64,000 nucleotides of DNA from Lachnospiraceae bacterium (GTDB taxonomy: Bacteria > Bacillota > Clostridia > Lachnospirales > Lachnospiraceae): positions 1 through 64,000 of the forward strand of contig JAFRNR010000001.1 of NCBI GenBank assembly GCA_017430085.1, given 5' to 3'. Below the pieces are notes generated by a model that saw only the letters and a program-made list of their open reading frames with translations, was not told the DNA's origin and did not search any database. Within the stretch, counting starts at the first letter, position 1, and each line of letters opens with the position of its first letter. A program made the position numbers and the translations under genes. Positions 19,450 through 29,321 of the stretch are shown here, piece by piece.

Positions 19450-20058
19450 ATGACCATGACCCGCATCCCTCTTGCCAGACCGATCCTGCTGCTCTTTGCT
19501 GTCCTCTGCCTGCTGTTCTGCCTCGCCGCCTGCGGCGGAAAGAAAGAACCGGCCACGGAACGCGAAACAGAGGAATCGGAGCCCACGGTCTTCGAAGCGA
19601 CCCTTCCGTTCTCAGGGGAAACGCTCACCATCGACGACTGGACGATCGAAATCCGCGGGCTTTCCTTCACGGACACCGTCATCCTCTCCGACATCATCAG
19701 CTATAATGCTGACAATGACGAATACTTCGCAATCGTCTCCCTGAAAGTCACCAACGGTGCCGGCGAAGAACGCACCTTCCTCCCGGCCATCGATATCTCC
19801 GGCTTTGACTACCTGCAGGACGAGTTTCAGGAAGACGGGCAGAACGTAAAAGAGACCCTCCTGATCGGCTATCACAAGACTCTCCGGAGCGCAGCCCTCC
19901 AGCCGAAAGAAGCCCGGGAAGGGACCCTGATCTACTCCGTCAGCCGGAAGGCGGCGGAAAGCGGGACCCTGGAACTGTTTTTCAACAAAATTTCCGGGGT
20001 TGATTTTACTTCGACGGAACAGAAGACACTGGATTCGGTCAGTGTAAAGTTCCGGTAA
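19450..20058 (+). CDS. Lipoprotein (DUF4352-like, recalled)
   Basis: Signal peptide with lipobox LAACGG; ~200 aa beta-rich domain. Confidence 0.55.
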   Translation: MTMTRIPLARPILLLFAVLCLLFCLAACGGKKEPATERETEESEPTVFEATLPFSGETLTIDDWTIEIRGLSFTDTVILSDIISYNADNDEYFAIVSLKVTNGAGEERTFLPAIDISGFDYLQDEFQEDGQNVKETLLIGYHKTLRSAALQPKEAREGTLIYSVSRKAAESGTLELFFNKISGVDFTSTEQKTLDSVSVKFR

Positions 20059-20078
20059 GACAGAAGATCGCTATTCCA

Positions 20079-20108
20079 AGACTGAGACATAAAAAGGACG
20101 GCCGGAGC
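20079..20108. terminator. Bidirectional terminator
   Basis: AAAAAGGACGGCcggaGCCGCCCTTTTT between the convergent lipoprotein (+) and carbamate kinase (-) genes. Confidence 0.5.
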
Positions 20109-20145
20109 CGCCCTTTTTGTTATGTGTGATGTCCGGATGACCGGC

Positions 20146-21084
20146 TTACAGGATCACCGTTCCCGCTTCGCCTCTCAGCGCTGCGCCTGCCTTTTCCGGC
20201 GTGGTGATGATCACCTTCCGGCCGGGGCGCGCTTCCACGAAACGCACGGCGGCTTCCACTTTCGGAAGCATGGAGCCGGCGGCGAACTGGCCCTGGGCGA
20301 TGTATTCCTTCGCTTCGGCGGCGGTTATCGTGTCCAGAGCCTGCTGGTCCGGCTTGTTGAAGTTGATATAGCACTTTTCCACGGCGGTGAGCATCATAAA
20401 GATGTCCGCGTCCAGGTCCTGGGCCAGGCGTTCGGAGGCGAGGTCCTTGTCGATGACGGCCGCGACGCCGACGAGGTCGCCGTCCTCATCGCGGTAGACC
20501 GGCACGCCGCCGCCGCCCACGGCGACGACCGTGTGGCCGGCGTCCATCAGATCCTTGATGGCCTTCAGTTCGATGATCTCCACGGGCAGGGGAGAGGCTA
20601 CGACCCGGCGCCAGCCGCGGCCGGCGTCTTCCTTCATCGTGTAGCCGTTCTCCTCCATCAGCGCACGCGCTTCCTCCTCGGAGTAGAAAGCGCCGATGGG
20701 CTTGGACGGATTCTGGAATTTGGGGTCGTTCTGATCCACGCGCACCTGCGTGATCACCGCGACCGGCGAGGCCTGGCCGCCCCGGATGCGCATGGCGCGC
20801 TGCAGGCCCTGGACCATGTGGTAGCCCAGCATGCCCTGGCTCATGGCGCCGCAGACGTCGAAGGGCATGGCCGGCGTAAGGTCCGCGCTGTTTTCGTTCT
20901 GCATCACGATGCCGCCCACCTGCGGACCGTTGCCGTGAGTCATGACGACTTTGTAACCCTGGTCAATGATGTCCGCGATCTCCAGAGAAGTGTTGTCGAT
21001 GATGCTCAGCTGGGTCTTGGCGTCCGCCAGTTTCCCGCCGATGGTCAGGGCGTTGCCGCCCAGTGCGATAACGACAGTTTCCAT
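20146..21084 (-). CDS. arcC: Carbamate kinase
   Basis: 312 aa; VIALGGNAL, HGNGPQVG motifs. The ATG lies 1 nt after the argD stop, with a GGGGTGG RBS inside the argD 3' end. Confidence 0.85.
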   Translation of the reverse strand: METVVIALGGNALTIGGKLADAKTQLSIIDNTSLEIADIIDQGYKVVMTHGNGPQVGGIVMQNENSADLTPAMPFDVCGAMSQGMLGYHMVQGLQRAMRIRGGQASPVAVITQVRVDQNDPKFQNPSKPIGAFYSEEEARALMEENGYTMKEDAGRGWRRVVASPLPVEIIELKAIKDLMDAGHTVVAVGGGGVPVYRDEDGDLVGVAAVIDKDLASERLAQDLDADIFMMLTAVEKCYINFNKPDQQALDTITAAEAKEYIAQGQFAAGSMLPKVEAAVRFVEARPGRKVIITTPEKAGAALRGEAGTVIL

Positions 21085-21085
21085 C

Positions 21086-22309
21086 TTACCACCCCAGCTT
21101 CGTCATGGCGGCGTCCACCGCATTGATCACAATGTCGACTTCTTCTTTCGTGACGATAAGCGGAGGGATGAAGCGCAGGACGTTGCCGTTGGTATTATTG
21201 ATCAGTACGTTGTTGTCCTTGAAGCACAGGTCCACGACCGGCTGGCCGCTCGGCTTCTTCAGCTGGATGCCGTTGATCAGGCCCAGGCCGCGGATCTCGT
21301 CTACGGTGTCGGGATGGTTCTTTTCGATGACTTCATGGGCGCGCTTGCGGAAGTATTCGCCCACTTCGGCGCAGTTGTTCAGAACGCCTTCGTTCAGCAT
21401 GACGTCCAGCGTGGTCATCGCCAGGGCGCAGGCCAGCGGGCCGCCCGCGAAGGTGGAGCCGTGGGTGCCGGGGGTCAGGACGTTGCAGGCTTCGCCGCGC
21501 GCGCACAGGGCCGCGATCGGGACGCCGGAGCCCAGCGCCTTGGCCATGGAGCAGGTGTCCGGCTCCACGCCATAGTACTGGTGGGCGAACAGCTTGCCGG
21601 TGCGGCCGGAGCCGACCTGCACTTCGTCGAACATCAGCAGGATGCCCTTTTCGTCGCACAGTTCGCGCAGGCCCTTCAGGAATTCGGGAGTCGCGGGGCG
21701 GACGCCGCCTTCGCCCTGGACCGGCTCGGTCAGGATGGCGCAGGTGTATTCGTCCACGAGGGCCTTCACGCTGTCGAGGTCGTTGAACGTGGCGTAGCGG
21801 AAGCCGTCGGGCAGGGGCTCGAAGTAGCGGTGCACGCCATACTGGCCGGTGGCGGTGCAGGTGGCCAGGGTGCGGCCGTGGAAGGAATTCTTCATGGTGA
21901 TGACCACGAAGCGTTCGGGATGGCCGTGGTCCTTGGCGTATTTGCGGGCCAGCTTGATCTGGCCTTCATTGGCCTCGGCGCCGGAGTTCGCGAACAGCAC
22001 TTTGTCAAAGCAGCTGTTTTCCACGATCAGTTTCGCGGTCTGCACGGCCGGCTCGTTGTAGAAATAGTTGGAGCAGTGCAGGATGGTCTTCGCGCGCTCC
22101 GCCAGGCATTCCTGGATGCGGGGATGGTTGTGGCCCAGGCCGTTCACGGCGATGCCGCCCACGAAATCCAGGTATTTGTTGCCGTCCTTGTCGAACACCC
22201 ACGCGCCGTCGCCGCCTTCCAGGGCGAGGGGCATGCGGATGTGGTTGCCGTATAAGTATTTGTCGCCGTTTTCGATGACTTCTGCATTGGTTTTGAATTT
22301 GGTGATCAT
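21086..22309 (-). CDS. argD: Acetylornithine aminotransferase
   Basis: Class III PLP aminotransferase. Start taken at the MITKFK ATG (22309) rather than the upstream extension. Confidence 0.85.
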   Translation of the reverse strand: MITKFKTNAEVIENGDKYLYGNHIRMPLALEGGDGAWVFDKDGNKYLDFVGGIAVNGLGHNHPRIQECLAERAKTILHCSNYFYNEPAVQTAKLIVENSCFDKVLFANSGAEANEGQIKLARKYAKDHGHPERFVVITMKNSFHGRTLATCTATGQYGVHRYFEPLPDGFRYATFNDLDSVKALVDEYTCAILTEPVQGEGGVRPATPEFLKGLRELCDEKGILLMFDEVQVGSGRTGKLFAHQYYGVEPDTCSMAKALGSGVPIAALCARGEACNVLTPGTHGSTFAGGPLACALAMTTLDVMLNEGVLNNCAEVGEYFRKRAHEVIEKNHPDTVDEIRGLGLINGIQLKKPSGQPVVDLCFKDNNVLINNTNGNVLRFIPPLIVTKEEVDIVINAVDAAMTKLGW

Positions 22310-22330
22310 GTGGTTTCCTTTCGTTATTTC

Positions 22331-22356
22331 GGGCCGTTGGCACAACGGCCCCTACG
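22331..22356. repeat. REP-like hairpin element GGGCCGTTGGCACAACGGCCCCTACG
   Basis: Intergenic between argB and argD. Confidence 0.6.
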
Positions 22357-22357
22357 T

Positions 22358-23167
22358 TTATTTGATTCCTATGCTCTCGCGTTCCGTTCCGATAGTGGTG
22401 CCGATGGCTTCGCCGTCCAGCAGGCTCAGCAGGCTGTGCGGCACGCGCCCGTCGATGATGTGCACGCTGCCGACGCCGTTCTCGATGGCCTGCACGCAGC
22501 CGTCGATCTTCGGCAGCATGCCGCCGCTGATGACGCCTTTTTCCTTGAGGGCCGGCACGTCCTTGATATTCAGATAGGAGATGACGTCCCGCTCCTCGAT
22601 GCTGTTGCACAGGCCTTCGATGTCCGTGAGCAGCACGAGCTTGTCCGCTTCCAGCGCCGCCGCCAGGATGCTGCCTGCGGTGTCGCCGTTGATGTTGAAC
22701 GTATGACCCTGGCCGTCGGTGCCCACGGGGGCCACCACGGGGATCAGGCCGGCGTCCAGCAGGGCGTCCACGGCCGCGGTGTCGATCTCGTCGATCTCGC
22801 CCACCAGGCCCAGCTCCTCGGACTTCTGCCGGCAGTGATACAGGTTGCCGGACACGCCGGAGATGGCGCAGGCCTTGCCGCCCTTTTTCTGCAGCAGGCC
22901 GGTAAGCTCCGTGCCCACCTGGCCGATCAGGATGGATTCCACCACCTTCATGGTGGCTTCGTCCGTATAGCGCAGGCCATTGATAAATTTCACGGGGATG
23001 TTCAGCTGCTCCAGCATTTTGTTGATGCCGGGACCGCCGCCGTGGGAGAGGACGGGCAGCCAGCCGGCGTGCTGCAGGGTCACCACGTCCTCCATCACGG
23101 AGTTCTTGAGCTCCTCGTTTACCATGGCGTTGCCGCCGTATTTGATGACAATGATCTTATTGCTCAC
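22358..23167 (-). CDS. argB: Acetylglutamate kinase
   Basis: IIVIKYGGNAM amino-acid-kinase N-terminus. GTG start at 23167-23165 overlaps the argJ TGA stop (GTGA). The 144 upstream codons of the ORF-track call are rejected. Confidence 0.8.
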   Translation of the reverse strand: MSNKIIVIKYGGNAMVNEELKNSVMEDVVTLQHAGWLPVLSHGGGPGINKMLEQLNIPVKFINGLRYTDEATMKVVESILIGQVGTELTGLLQKKGGKACAISGVSGNLYHCRQKSEELGLVGEIDEIDTAAVDALLDAGLIPVVAPVGTDGQGHTFNINGDTAGSILAAALEADKLVLLTDIEGLCNSIEERDVISYLNIKDVPALKEKGVISGGMLPKIDGCVQAIENGVGSVHIIDGRVPHSLLSLLDGEAIGTTIGTERESIGIK

Positions 23168-24390
23168 GTCCGGTAATCTCCGTTGATCTTCACGTAATCG
23201 TAGGTCAGGTCGCAGCCCCAGGCCTTCGCCTGGCCGTCGCCCTGGTAGAACTTCACGATCACGGTGATGTCGTGCTCGGACAGGATCTTCTTGGCCAGAT
23301 CCTCGTCGAATTCCAGACCGAAGCCGCCGGCCATGACCTGGATCTCGCCGCCCGCGGACTTCAGGAAGCAGTCCGCGCGGGTGGGATCGACATCCGCGCC
23401 CGAGTAACCGGCCGCCGCCATGATGCGGCCCCAGTTGGCGTCCCGTCCGAAGACGGCCGCTTTGAACAGGGAGGAGCCGGCGATGGACTTCGCCACCAGG
23501 CGGGCGTCGTGCTCGGTGGGCAGGCCGTAAGCTTCGACTTCGATCAGGTGCGTCGCGCCCTCGCCGTCGGAGGCGATGCGGCGCGCCATGTCGATGCAAA
23601 TGGCTTCCACGAGGTCGGCCAGCGCTTTCTTATCTTCCTCGGTGCGGATCTCCACGCCCGAGGCGCCGTTCGCCAGCAGGAAGATGGAGTCGTTGGTGGA
23701 GGTGTCGCCGTCCACGGTGGTCATGTTGAAGCTCCGGTCCACCGCACGGGAGAGCATCGCCTGCAGATCCTTCGGATCCGCCTTCGCGTCCGTGGTCACG
23801 TAGGCCAGCATGGTGGCCATGTTCGGGTGGATCATGCCGCTGCCCTTGGCCATGGCGCCGATGCGGACCGTGCCGCCGGAGATGGGCAGTTCATACGCGA
23901 CTTCCTTCTTCTCCGTGTCCGTGGTCATGATGGCCCACGCGGCGTCGCCGCCCTTGTCGCGGCTCATGTGCGGGACGATGGCTTCCACGCCCTTGATCAC
24001 GCGCTCATAGGGCAGGCGTTTGCCGATGACGCCGGTGGAGCAGACGAACACTTCGTCCTCGCCCAGGCCCAGCAGCCGCTCGGCCGCTTCTTCCACGGCC
24101 TTCGCGTCCTTCAAGCCCTGCTCGCCGGTGGCGGCGTTGGCGTTGCCGGAGTTGATCACGATGCCGCGGGCCTTGCCCTTCTTGAGCACCTCGCGGCCCA
24201 GGATGACCGGCGCCGCGCAGAATTTGTTCTTCGTAAAGCAGGCCGCTGCCGCGCACGGCGTCTCGGAAAAGAGCACCGCCACGTCCGGCTTTTCGCTGAT
24301 TTTATCGGGGTTCTTGATCCCGGCGTACGCCGCTCCGGCCACGAAACCCAGGGGGGCGGTCACGCCGCCGTCGATCTTCTTGTAGTTCAT
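23164..24390 (-). CDS. argJ: Glutamate N-acetyltransferase / ornithine acetyltransferase
   Basis: 408 aa ArgJ; autoproteolysis motif HPNMATML. Confidence 0.9.
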   Translation of the reverse strand: MNYKKIDGGVTAPLGFVAGAAYAGIKNPDKISEKPDVAVLFSETPCAAAACFTKNKFCAAPVILGREVLKKGKARGIVINSGNANAATGEQGLKDAKAVEEAAERLLGLGEDEVFVCSTGVIGKRLPYERVIKGVEAIVPHMSRDKGGDAAWAIMTTDTEKKEVAYELPISGGTVRIGAMAKGSGMIHPNMATMLAYVTTDAKADPKDLQAMLSRAVDRSFNMTTVDGDTSTNDSIFLLANGASGVEIRTEEDKKALADLVEAICIDMARRIASDGEGATHLIEVEAYGLPTEHDARLVAKSIAGSSLFKAAVFGRDANWGRIMAAAGYSGADVDPTRADCFLKSAGGEIQVMAGGFGLEFDEDLAKKILSEHDITVIVKFYQGDGQAKAWGCDLTYDYVKINGDYRT

Positions 24391-24406
24391 ATGTTCTCCT
24401 TTATCC

Positions 24407-24430
24407 GGGCGGCCATTGGCCGCCCCTACG
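24407..24430. repeat. REP-like hairpin element variant GGGCGGCCATTGGCCGCCCCTACG
   Basis: Intergenic between argC and argJ. Confidence 0.5.
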
Positions 24431-24450
24431 CATGAGACGACCCGCCGGTA

Positions 24451-25524
24451 TTACGGATACATCGCCGGGAACAGCAGGCCCATGGTCTCGGGCAGGCCGC
24501 TGATCAGGTTCAGGTTCTGGATAGCCTGGCCGGCGGCGCCCTTGCCGATGTTGTCGATCACGGAGGATACGATCAGCCGCTTCGTGCGCGCGTCGTACGT
24601 GGGGGTCATCATGCAGAAGTTGGTCCCGTAGGTCCACTTGGTCTGCACGGGGTTCGAGGCGGGCGTCACTTTCACGAACGGTTCGTCCTTGTAGAAATCC
24701 TCATACAGTTTGAACAGCTCGTCGTTCGTGTAATCCTTGTTCAGCGTGCAGTACACGGTGACTTCGATGCCGCGGACCGTGGGAAGCAGGTGGGGCTGGA
24801 AGTTGATGAACTGCCAGGTCTCGGGCTTGTGCAGGTCCTTGCCGGTGATGTAGGCGATGTTCTGCTCGATCTCCGGGGTGTGGCGGTGTCCGCCGCCCAG
24901 CGCGTACGCGTTGAAGTTGTTCTCCGCCTCGGTGATCAGCTTGTTCTGGGTGGGCCGGCGGCCGGCGCCCGTGAAGCCGCTCTTGGCGTCGATCACGATG
25001 GTGTTCTCCACCACGACGCCTTCCTTCAGCATCGGGTACAGCGCCAGCGTGGAGGCCGTGGGATAGCAGCCGGGGTTCGCGATCACGCGCTTGCCCTTCG
25101 CGTCTTCGCGCATCACTTCGGGGATGCAGTAGACGGCGTTTTCGGTGAGTTCGGGGTTCGGATGCTTCGCGCCGTACCATTTCTCCCACACGGGGGCGTG
25201 GCGGAAGCGGATGTCCGCGCCGATGTCGATGATCTTCTTGCCTTCGCCCAGCACGATGGCGGCCCACTTGGCCACGTCGCCGGACGGGACCTGGATGAAG
25301 ACCACGTCGCTGGCCTTGGCGGCCGCGAGGACGTTCTCTTCGGTCAGATCCTTGATCTTCTGATCATAAAAGCCCTTCAGATGAGGGAAGTGTTCGTAAA
25401 CGGGCTGGCCTACGCCGTAGGAATCCAGCAGGTCCACCAGTTCGGTCTCCGGATGGGCGACCATCATGCGGAGCAGTTCGCCGCAGACGTAGCCGACGGC
25501 GCCGATAGCAGAATACTTTACCAT
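24451..25524 (-). CDS. argC: N-acetyl-gamma-glutamyl-phosphate reductase
   Basis: Active-site ANPGCYPT. Start at MVKYSAIG (GGAGG RBS) rather than ORF-track 25557. Confidence 0.85.
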   Translation of the reverse strand: MVKYSAIGAVGYVCGELLRMMVAHPETELVDLLDSYGVGQPVYEHFPHLKGFYDQKIKDLTEENVLAAAKASDVVFIQVPSGDVAKWAAIVLGEGKKIIDIGADIRFRHAPVWEKWYGAKHPNPELTENAVYCIPEVMREDAKGKRVIANPGCYPTASTLALYPMLKEGVVVENTIVIDAKSGFTGAGRRPTQNKLITEAENNFNAYALGGGHRHTPEIEQNIAYITGKDLHKPETWQFINFQPHLLPTVRGIEVTVYCTLNKDYTNDELFKLYEDFYKDEPFVKVTPASNPVQTKWTYGTNFCMMTPTYDARTKRLIVSSVIDNIGKGAAGQAIQNLNLISGLPETMGLLFPAMYP

Positions 25525-25543
25525 AGCAGTTTTTCCTCCCTGA

Positions 25544-26539
25544 TCAGACATTCCCAATCGTCGCTACGATCACGGCCTTGATGGTGTGCATGCGGTTCTC
25601 GGCCTCGTCGAAGACTTTGGAGGCCGGAGACAGGAAGACGTCGTCGGTGACTTCGCGGATGTCGTAGCCCAGCTTCTTCTGCTCGGCGGCCATGGTGGTG
25701 TCGAAGTCATGGAAGGAGGGCAGGCAGTGCAGGAAGATACAGTCCGCGTTGCCGGTGGCTTTCATGACGTCCTTGGTCACGCGGAACGGGGTCAGCAGCG
25801 CGACGCGCTCCGGGATCTTGTCTTCTTCGCCCATGGAGGCCCAGATGTCGGTGTACAGGGCGTCCGCGCCTTTCAGCAGCTTGATGTCCTCGCCGAATTC
25901 CACTTTGGCGCCGGTCTCTTTGGCGACCTTCTTGCAGTAGGCTACGACTTCCTTCGCAGGCGCGAGTTCCTTGGGACCCCAGCCGACGTAGTGGATGCCG
26001 AGCTTCGCGCAGATGTACATCAGGCAGTAGGCGACGTTGTTGCGGGTGTCGCCGCAGAAGACGAGTTTGCACTTGTTCAGCGGCTTCTTGGTGTTTTCCA
26101 TGAGGGTCAAGATGTCGGCCAGCGCCTGGGTGGGGTGGTCGACGTCGGTCAGGCCGTTCCAGACGGGAACGCCGGCGTTCTTCGCCAGGCCTTCCACGAC
26201 CGCCTGATCGTAGCCGCGGTACTCGATGCCGTCGTAGAAGCGGCCCAGGACCTTGGCGGTGTCGGCCATGGTCTCTTTCTTGCCCATCTGGGAAGACTTG
26301 GAATCCAGGAAGGTGACGTTGGCACCTTCGTCATAGGCGGCCACTTCGAACGCGCAGCGGGTGCGGGTGGAAGTCTTTTCGAAAAGCAGGACGATGTTCT
26401 TGCCGGCCAGCAGCTGCGTGCGGATGCCGGCGCGCTTCTTGGCCTTCAGATCCGCGGCCAGGTTCAGCATGTAGCGGATCTCATCGGGGGTGAAATCTTT
26501 CAGCGTGAGAAAATTGCGTCCCTTTAAACTTACGGGCAT
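25544..26539 (-). CDS. argF: Ornithine carbamoyltransferase
   Basis: STRTR carbamoyl-phosphate-binding motif and the HCLP motif. Confidence 0.9.
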   Translation of the reverse strand: MPVSLKGRNFLTLKDFTPDEIRYMLNLAADLKAKKRAGIRTQLLAGKNIVLLFEKTSTRTRCAFEVAAYDEGANVTFLDSKSSQMGKKETMADTAKVLGRFYDGIEYRGYDQAVVEGLAKNAGVPVWNGLTDVDHPTQALADILTLMENTKKPLNKCKLVFCGDTRNNVAYCLMYICAKLGIHYVGWGPKELAPAKEVVAYCKKVAKETGAKVEFGEDIKLLKGADALYTDIWASMGEEDKIPERVALLTPFRVTKDVMKATGNADCIFLHCLPSFHDFDTTMAAEQKKLGYDIREVTDDVFLSPASKVFDEAENRMHTIKAVIVATIGNV

Positions 26540-26768
26540 GGTGGGTTCCTCCTCAGGTATTTATTTTTCGTGACGGAGACCGTCCTTTATTACGAAGTTT
26601 ATTATATCAGATGAGAAGAAAAAAGTGGGACATTTCGGGCGGAAAAAATTGTATTTCGCGGTATTTTTAGCGGAACGGAAACGGAAAAGAAGAGGGCCGG
26701 CCCCGTCTTGGCCCTTGCACATCGGGGGAGAAAGTAATATAGTGGTACAAAGGAAGGAGGACTGCTCC

Positions 26769-28010
26769 ATGCCGAGTATTTACCGAAAAATCACAGCGGT
26801 GCTGCTGGCTGCCGTTCTGCTGCTGACCGCCTGCTCCGGACAGAAGCAGGAGACGCCGGAAAACGGGACTTCCGGGAACGGCGCGCCGGAGACCACGGCG
26901 GCACCGGGACCCGCCACTGAGGCGCCTGCCACGGAACCGTCCGTCCGGCCGACCGATCCCGTGACGACGCCCGCGCCGACTAAAATCGCCGCGGCGGAGG
27001 ACCTGCCGGATTATACTACGAACTGCTATACCATGCAGACGATGTACGACAGCCGCTACGGCTTAAAGACCGCTCTGGCGTTGGTGCCCTACGGCTGGAC
27101 CGCTGTTCTGGAAACGGAATGGGGCATCGTCTCCACGCTGTACCCGGCCACGGCCACTATCGTGATGACTTCCCCGGCGGGCGACGCGAAGATCGAGATG
27201 CGCTCCCCGCAGGCCTACGTCCAGATGAGCCGCAACGGCATGGTGACCATGGGGGAAGGCGTTGATTACCGCACTTATAACACCTATCTGAATTACCGGG
27301 GTGCCCACGACCACAACCTGCTGATCGCCTCTATGATGGGCTATGGCAGCCAGGTCGTCTCCACGCAGGGGCCCGACGAAGAGATCCAGCAGGCCCTGAC
27401 GGAGCAGGCGTATCAGTATCTCCAGAGCTTCCTGTCCGCCGGCACCAGCCAGGGCGTCGGCTACGAGGGGACCATGGAGGAGACCGTTTTCGACACCCGG
27501 AGCGCGGGGACGTACCGGACGGCCGTCACGTCGGCGGTCATCGGCGCGGAATTCTCCACCAATGCCGGCGCGTATTTCGACCAGATCTTCTGGACGGTCC
27601 CGGTCCTGACCGTATTCACGGCGGCCACGGAAGAAGCCTGGAACCAATACAAACCGGTCTGCGACCACGTGATGAACAACTCCTCCTTCTGCGGGGAATT
27701 CATCTACGTCGTGCGGCAGAACGGCGAATACATGGCGCAGATGATCAACAATTACCTGCTGCAGCAGGCTTACAATCCCAGCGCCTCGGACATTTCCGGC
27801 TGGGACAGCGGGTATCGGGACGACGGTTCGGACAAGTTCATCAACGACTGGTGCGACGTCATCCGGGAACAGAATAATTACGTGACGGAGGACGGCAGCC
27901 TCATCAAAGTGGATACGGCCTATGACACGGTCTATCAGAACGGGGATCTGATCTACATGGGGCCCGACGGGCTCTCCCCGGACGGGTGGACCCGTCTGAA
28001 CCAGCCGTAA
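26769..28010 (+). CDS. Lipoprotein with Pro/Thr-rich linker, unknown function
   Basis: Signal peptide and lipobox LLTACSG. Start at the internal ATG 26769 (AGGAGG RBS) rather than ORF-track 26625. Confidence 0.6.
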   Translation: MPSIYRKITAVLLAAVLLLTACSGQKQETPENGTSGNGAPETTAAPGPATEAPATEPSVRPTDPVTTPAPTKIAAAEDLPDYTTNCYTMQTMYDSRYGLKTALALVPYGWTAVLETEWGIVSTLYPATATIVMTSPAGDAKIEMRSPQAYVQMSRNGMVTMGEGVDYRTYNTYLNYRGAHDHNLLIASMMGYGSQVVSTQGPDEEIQQALTEQAYQYLQSFLSAGTSQGVGYEGTMEETVFDTRSAGTYRTAVTSAVIGAEFSTNAGAYFDQIFWTVPVLTVFTAATEEAWNQYKPVCDHVMNNSSFCGEFIYVVRQNGEYMAQMINNYLLQQAYNPSASDISGWDSGYRDDGSDKFINDWCDVIREQNNYVTEDGSLIKVDTAYDTVYQNGDLIYMGPDGLSPDGWTRLNQP

Positions 28011-28055
28011 CGCCGCGCCGGGCGGCCGGAACTCCGGACGGGAAGGAATGGCGAA

Positions 28056-29321
28056 ATGCCGGAAAAAGTTGTTCTGCAAAGTTATGACCGCTCCAAGATC
28101 GACCGGAGCAGGCTGATCTCACTGGACCTGGAAACGCTGGACCGGCCCACGTTCCCCCTGCTGCACCAGGAGGCGCGCTTCCTGTACGTGCTGAGCGGGA
28201 CGGGCGTGATCGAGCTGCAGGGAAAAAGCTACGGGCTGCGCCCCGGGGCTTTGTTCACGATGCTTCCCTGGCAGGTCAGCAACGTGACCGCGGTCTCGGA
28301 ACCGCTCCGTTTTTATACCGTCATTTTCAACCTGCAGGTCTTTACCGAATTCTTCACTATGTTCCCGGAAACGGACGGCAAAGTGCCGGACTATATCGAT
28401 ACCGTGGCGCGCGAGCCCCTGTTTTACTGCGATGAGGCGCAGCAGGACTGGATGGAGGATTATTTCAGCCGTCTGCAGCAGGAGGTGGGCCTGGAATCCG
28501 CGCTGAAGGAAGTGCAGCCCAAACCGCTGGCTTCGCTCGGCGCCATGACCCTGCTCCTGTCCCTCGCCGTCCAGTCCGTGCGCTTCCGCTCCGCCGCCGG
28601 CCTGAAAAAGCCGCCGCAGCAGGACAGCCGCGAACTGTCCGAAGTCCTGCGCTACATGTACAACCACACCCGCGACGGCCTTACGCTGGAGGGCCTGGCC
28701 CGCACCTTCTACGTCTCGGAAAGCACGCTGCGCCGCCATATCAAAGACATGACCGGCCTGGGGTTCTACGAACTCCTCAACGAGATGCGCATGAGCAAGG
28801 TCTCCGGCTATCTGCTGTACACCAACATGACCCTGGAAGAGATCTCGGAAGCCGTGGGCTTCTGGGACGCTTCCCATATTTCCAAAGTCTTTTCCGAATA
28901 CGCCGGGATGCCGGTGAGCGATTACCGCCGGACCTATCAGGCTGGCAATACGCTGCTGCGCAAGGACGACGGCCTCCTGGGCTACCAGCTGTCCGAATAC
29001 GTGATCCGTCATTACAGCGAGGAACTCTCGCCCAAGGCCGTGGCCGCCGGTTTCGGGATCAGCGTGCCGGAAATGAACCGCCTGCTGCTGATCCAGACCT
29101 CCCGGAATTTTGAAGATTTCCTGAATTACGTGCGCGTCAGCCGGGCCGGCCAGATGCTCCTGGAGACGGATCAGACCGTTACGGAGATCGCCGCCGCGGT
29201 GGGCTATGCCAATGTGAAGACTTTCAACCGGAATTTCTTCCGCTTCCATGTGACGACGCCCACCAATTTCCGCCGCACGACGTCCCTGCAGCCCAGCCGG
29301 CTGCAAAAGGAGGAAGAATGA
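28056..29321 (+). CDS. AraC-family transcriptional regulator with a cupin-like N-domain and two tandem AraC-type HTH DNA-binding domains
   Basis: Residues ~190-300 and ~310-415 each look like a complete AraC DBD. The stop overlaps the argJ2 start (ATGA). Confidence 0.75.
   Translation: MPEKVVLQSYDRSKIDRSRLISLDLETLDRPTFPLLHQEARFLYVLSGTGVIELQGKSYGLRPGALFTMLPWQVSNVTAVSEPLRFYTVIFNLQVFTEFFTMFPETDGKVPDYIDTVAREPLFYCDEAQQDWMEDYFSRLQQEVGLESALKEVQPKPLASLGAMTLLLSLAVQSVRFRSAAGLKKPPQQDSRELSEVLRYMYNHTRDGLTLEGLARTFYVSESTLRRHIKDMTGLGFYELLNEMRMSKVSGYLLYTNMTLEEISEAVGFWDASHISKVFSEYAGMPVSDYRRTYQAGNTLLRKDDGLLGYQLSEYVIRHYSEELSPKAVAAGFGISVPEMNRLLLIQTSRNFEDFLNYVRVSRAGQMLLETDQTVTEIAAAVGYANVKTFNRNFFRFHVTTPTNFRRTTSLQPSRLQKEEE

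Noticed and set aside
22358-23599. Long N-terminal extension (144 codons) of the argB ORF-track call.
   Set aside because: The extension overlaps argJ in another frame and is Arg/Gly-rich nonsense. A GTG at 23167 overlapping the argJ stop gives a normal-length kinase beginning IIVIKYGGNAM.
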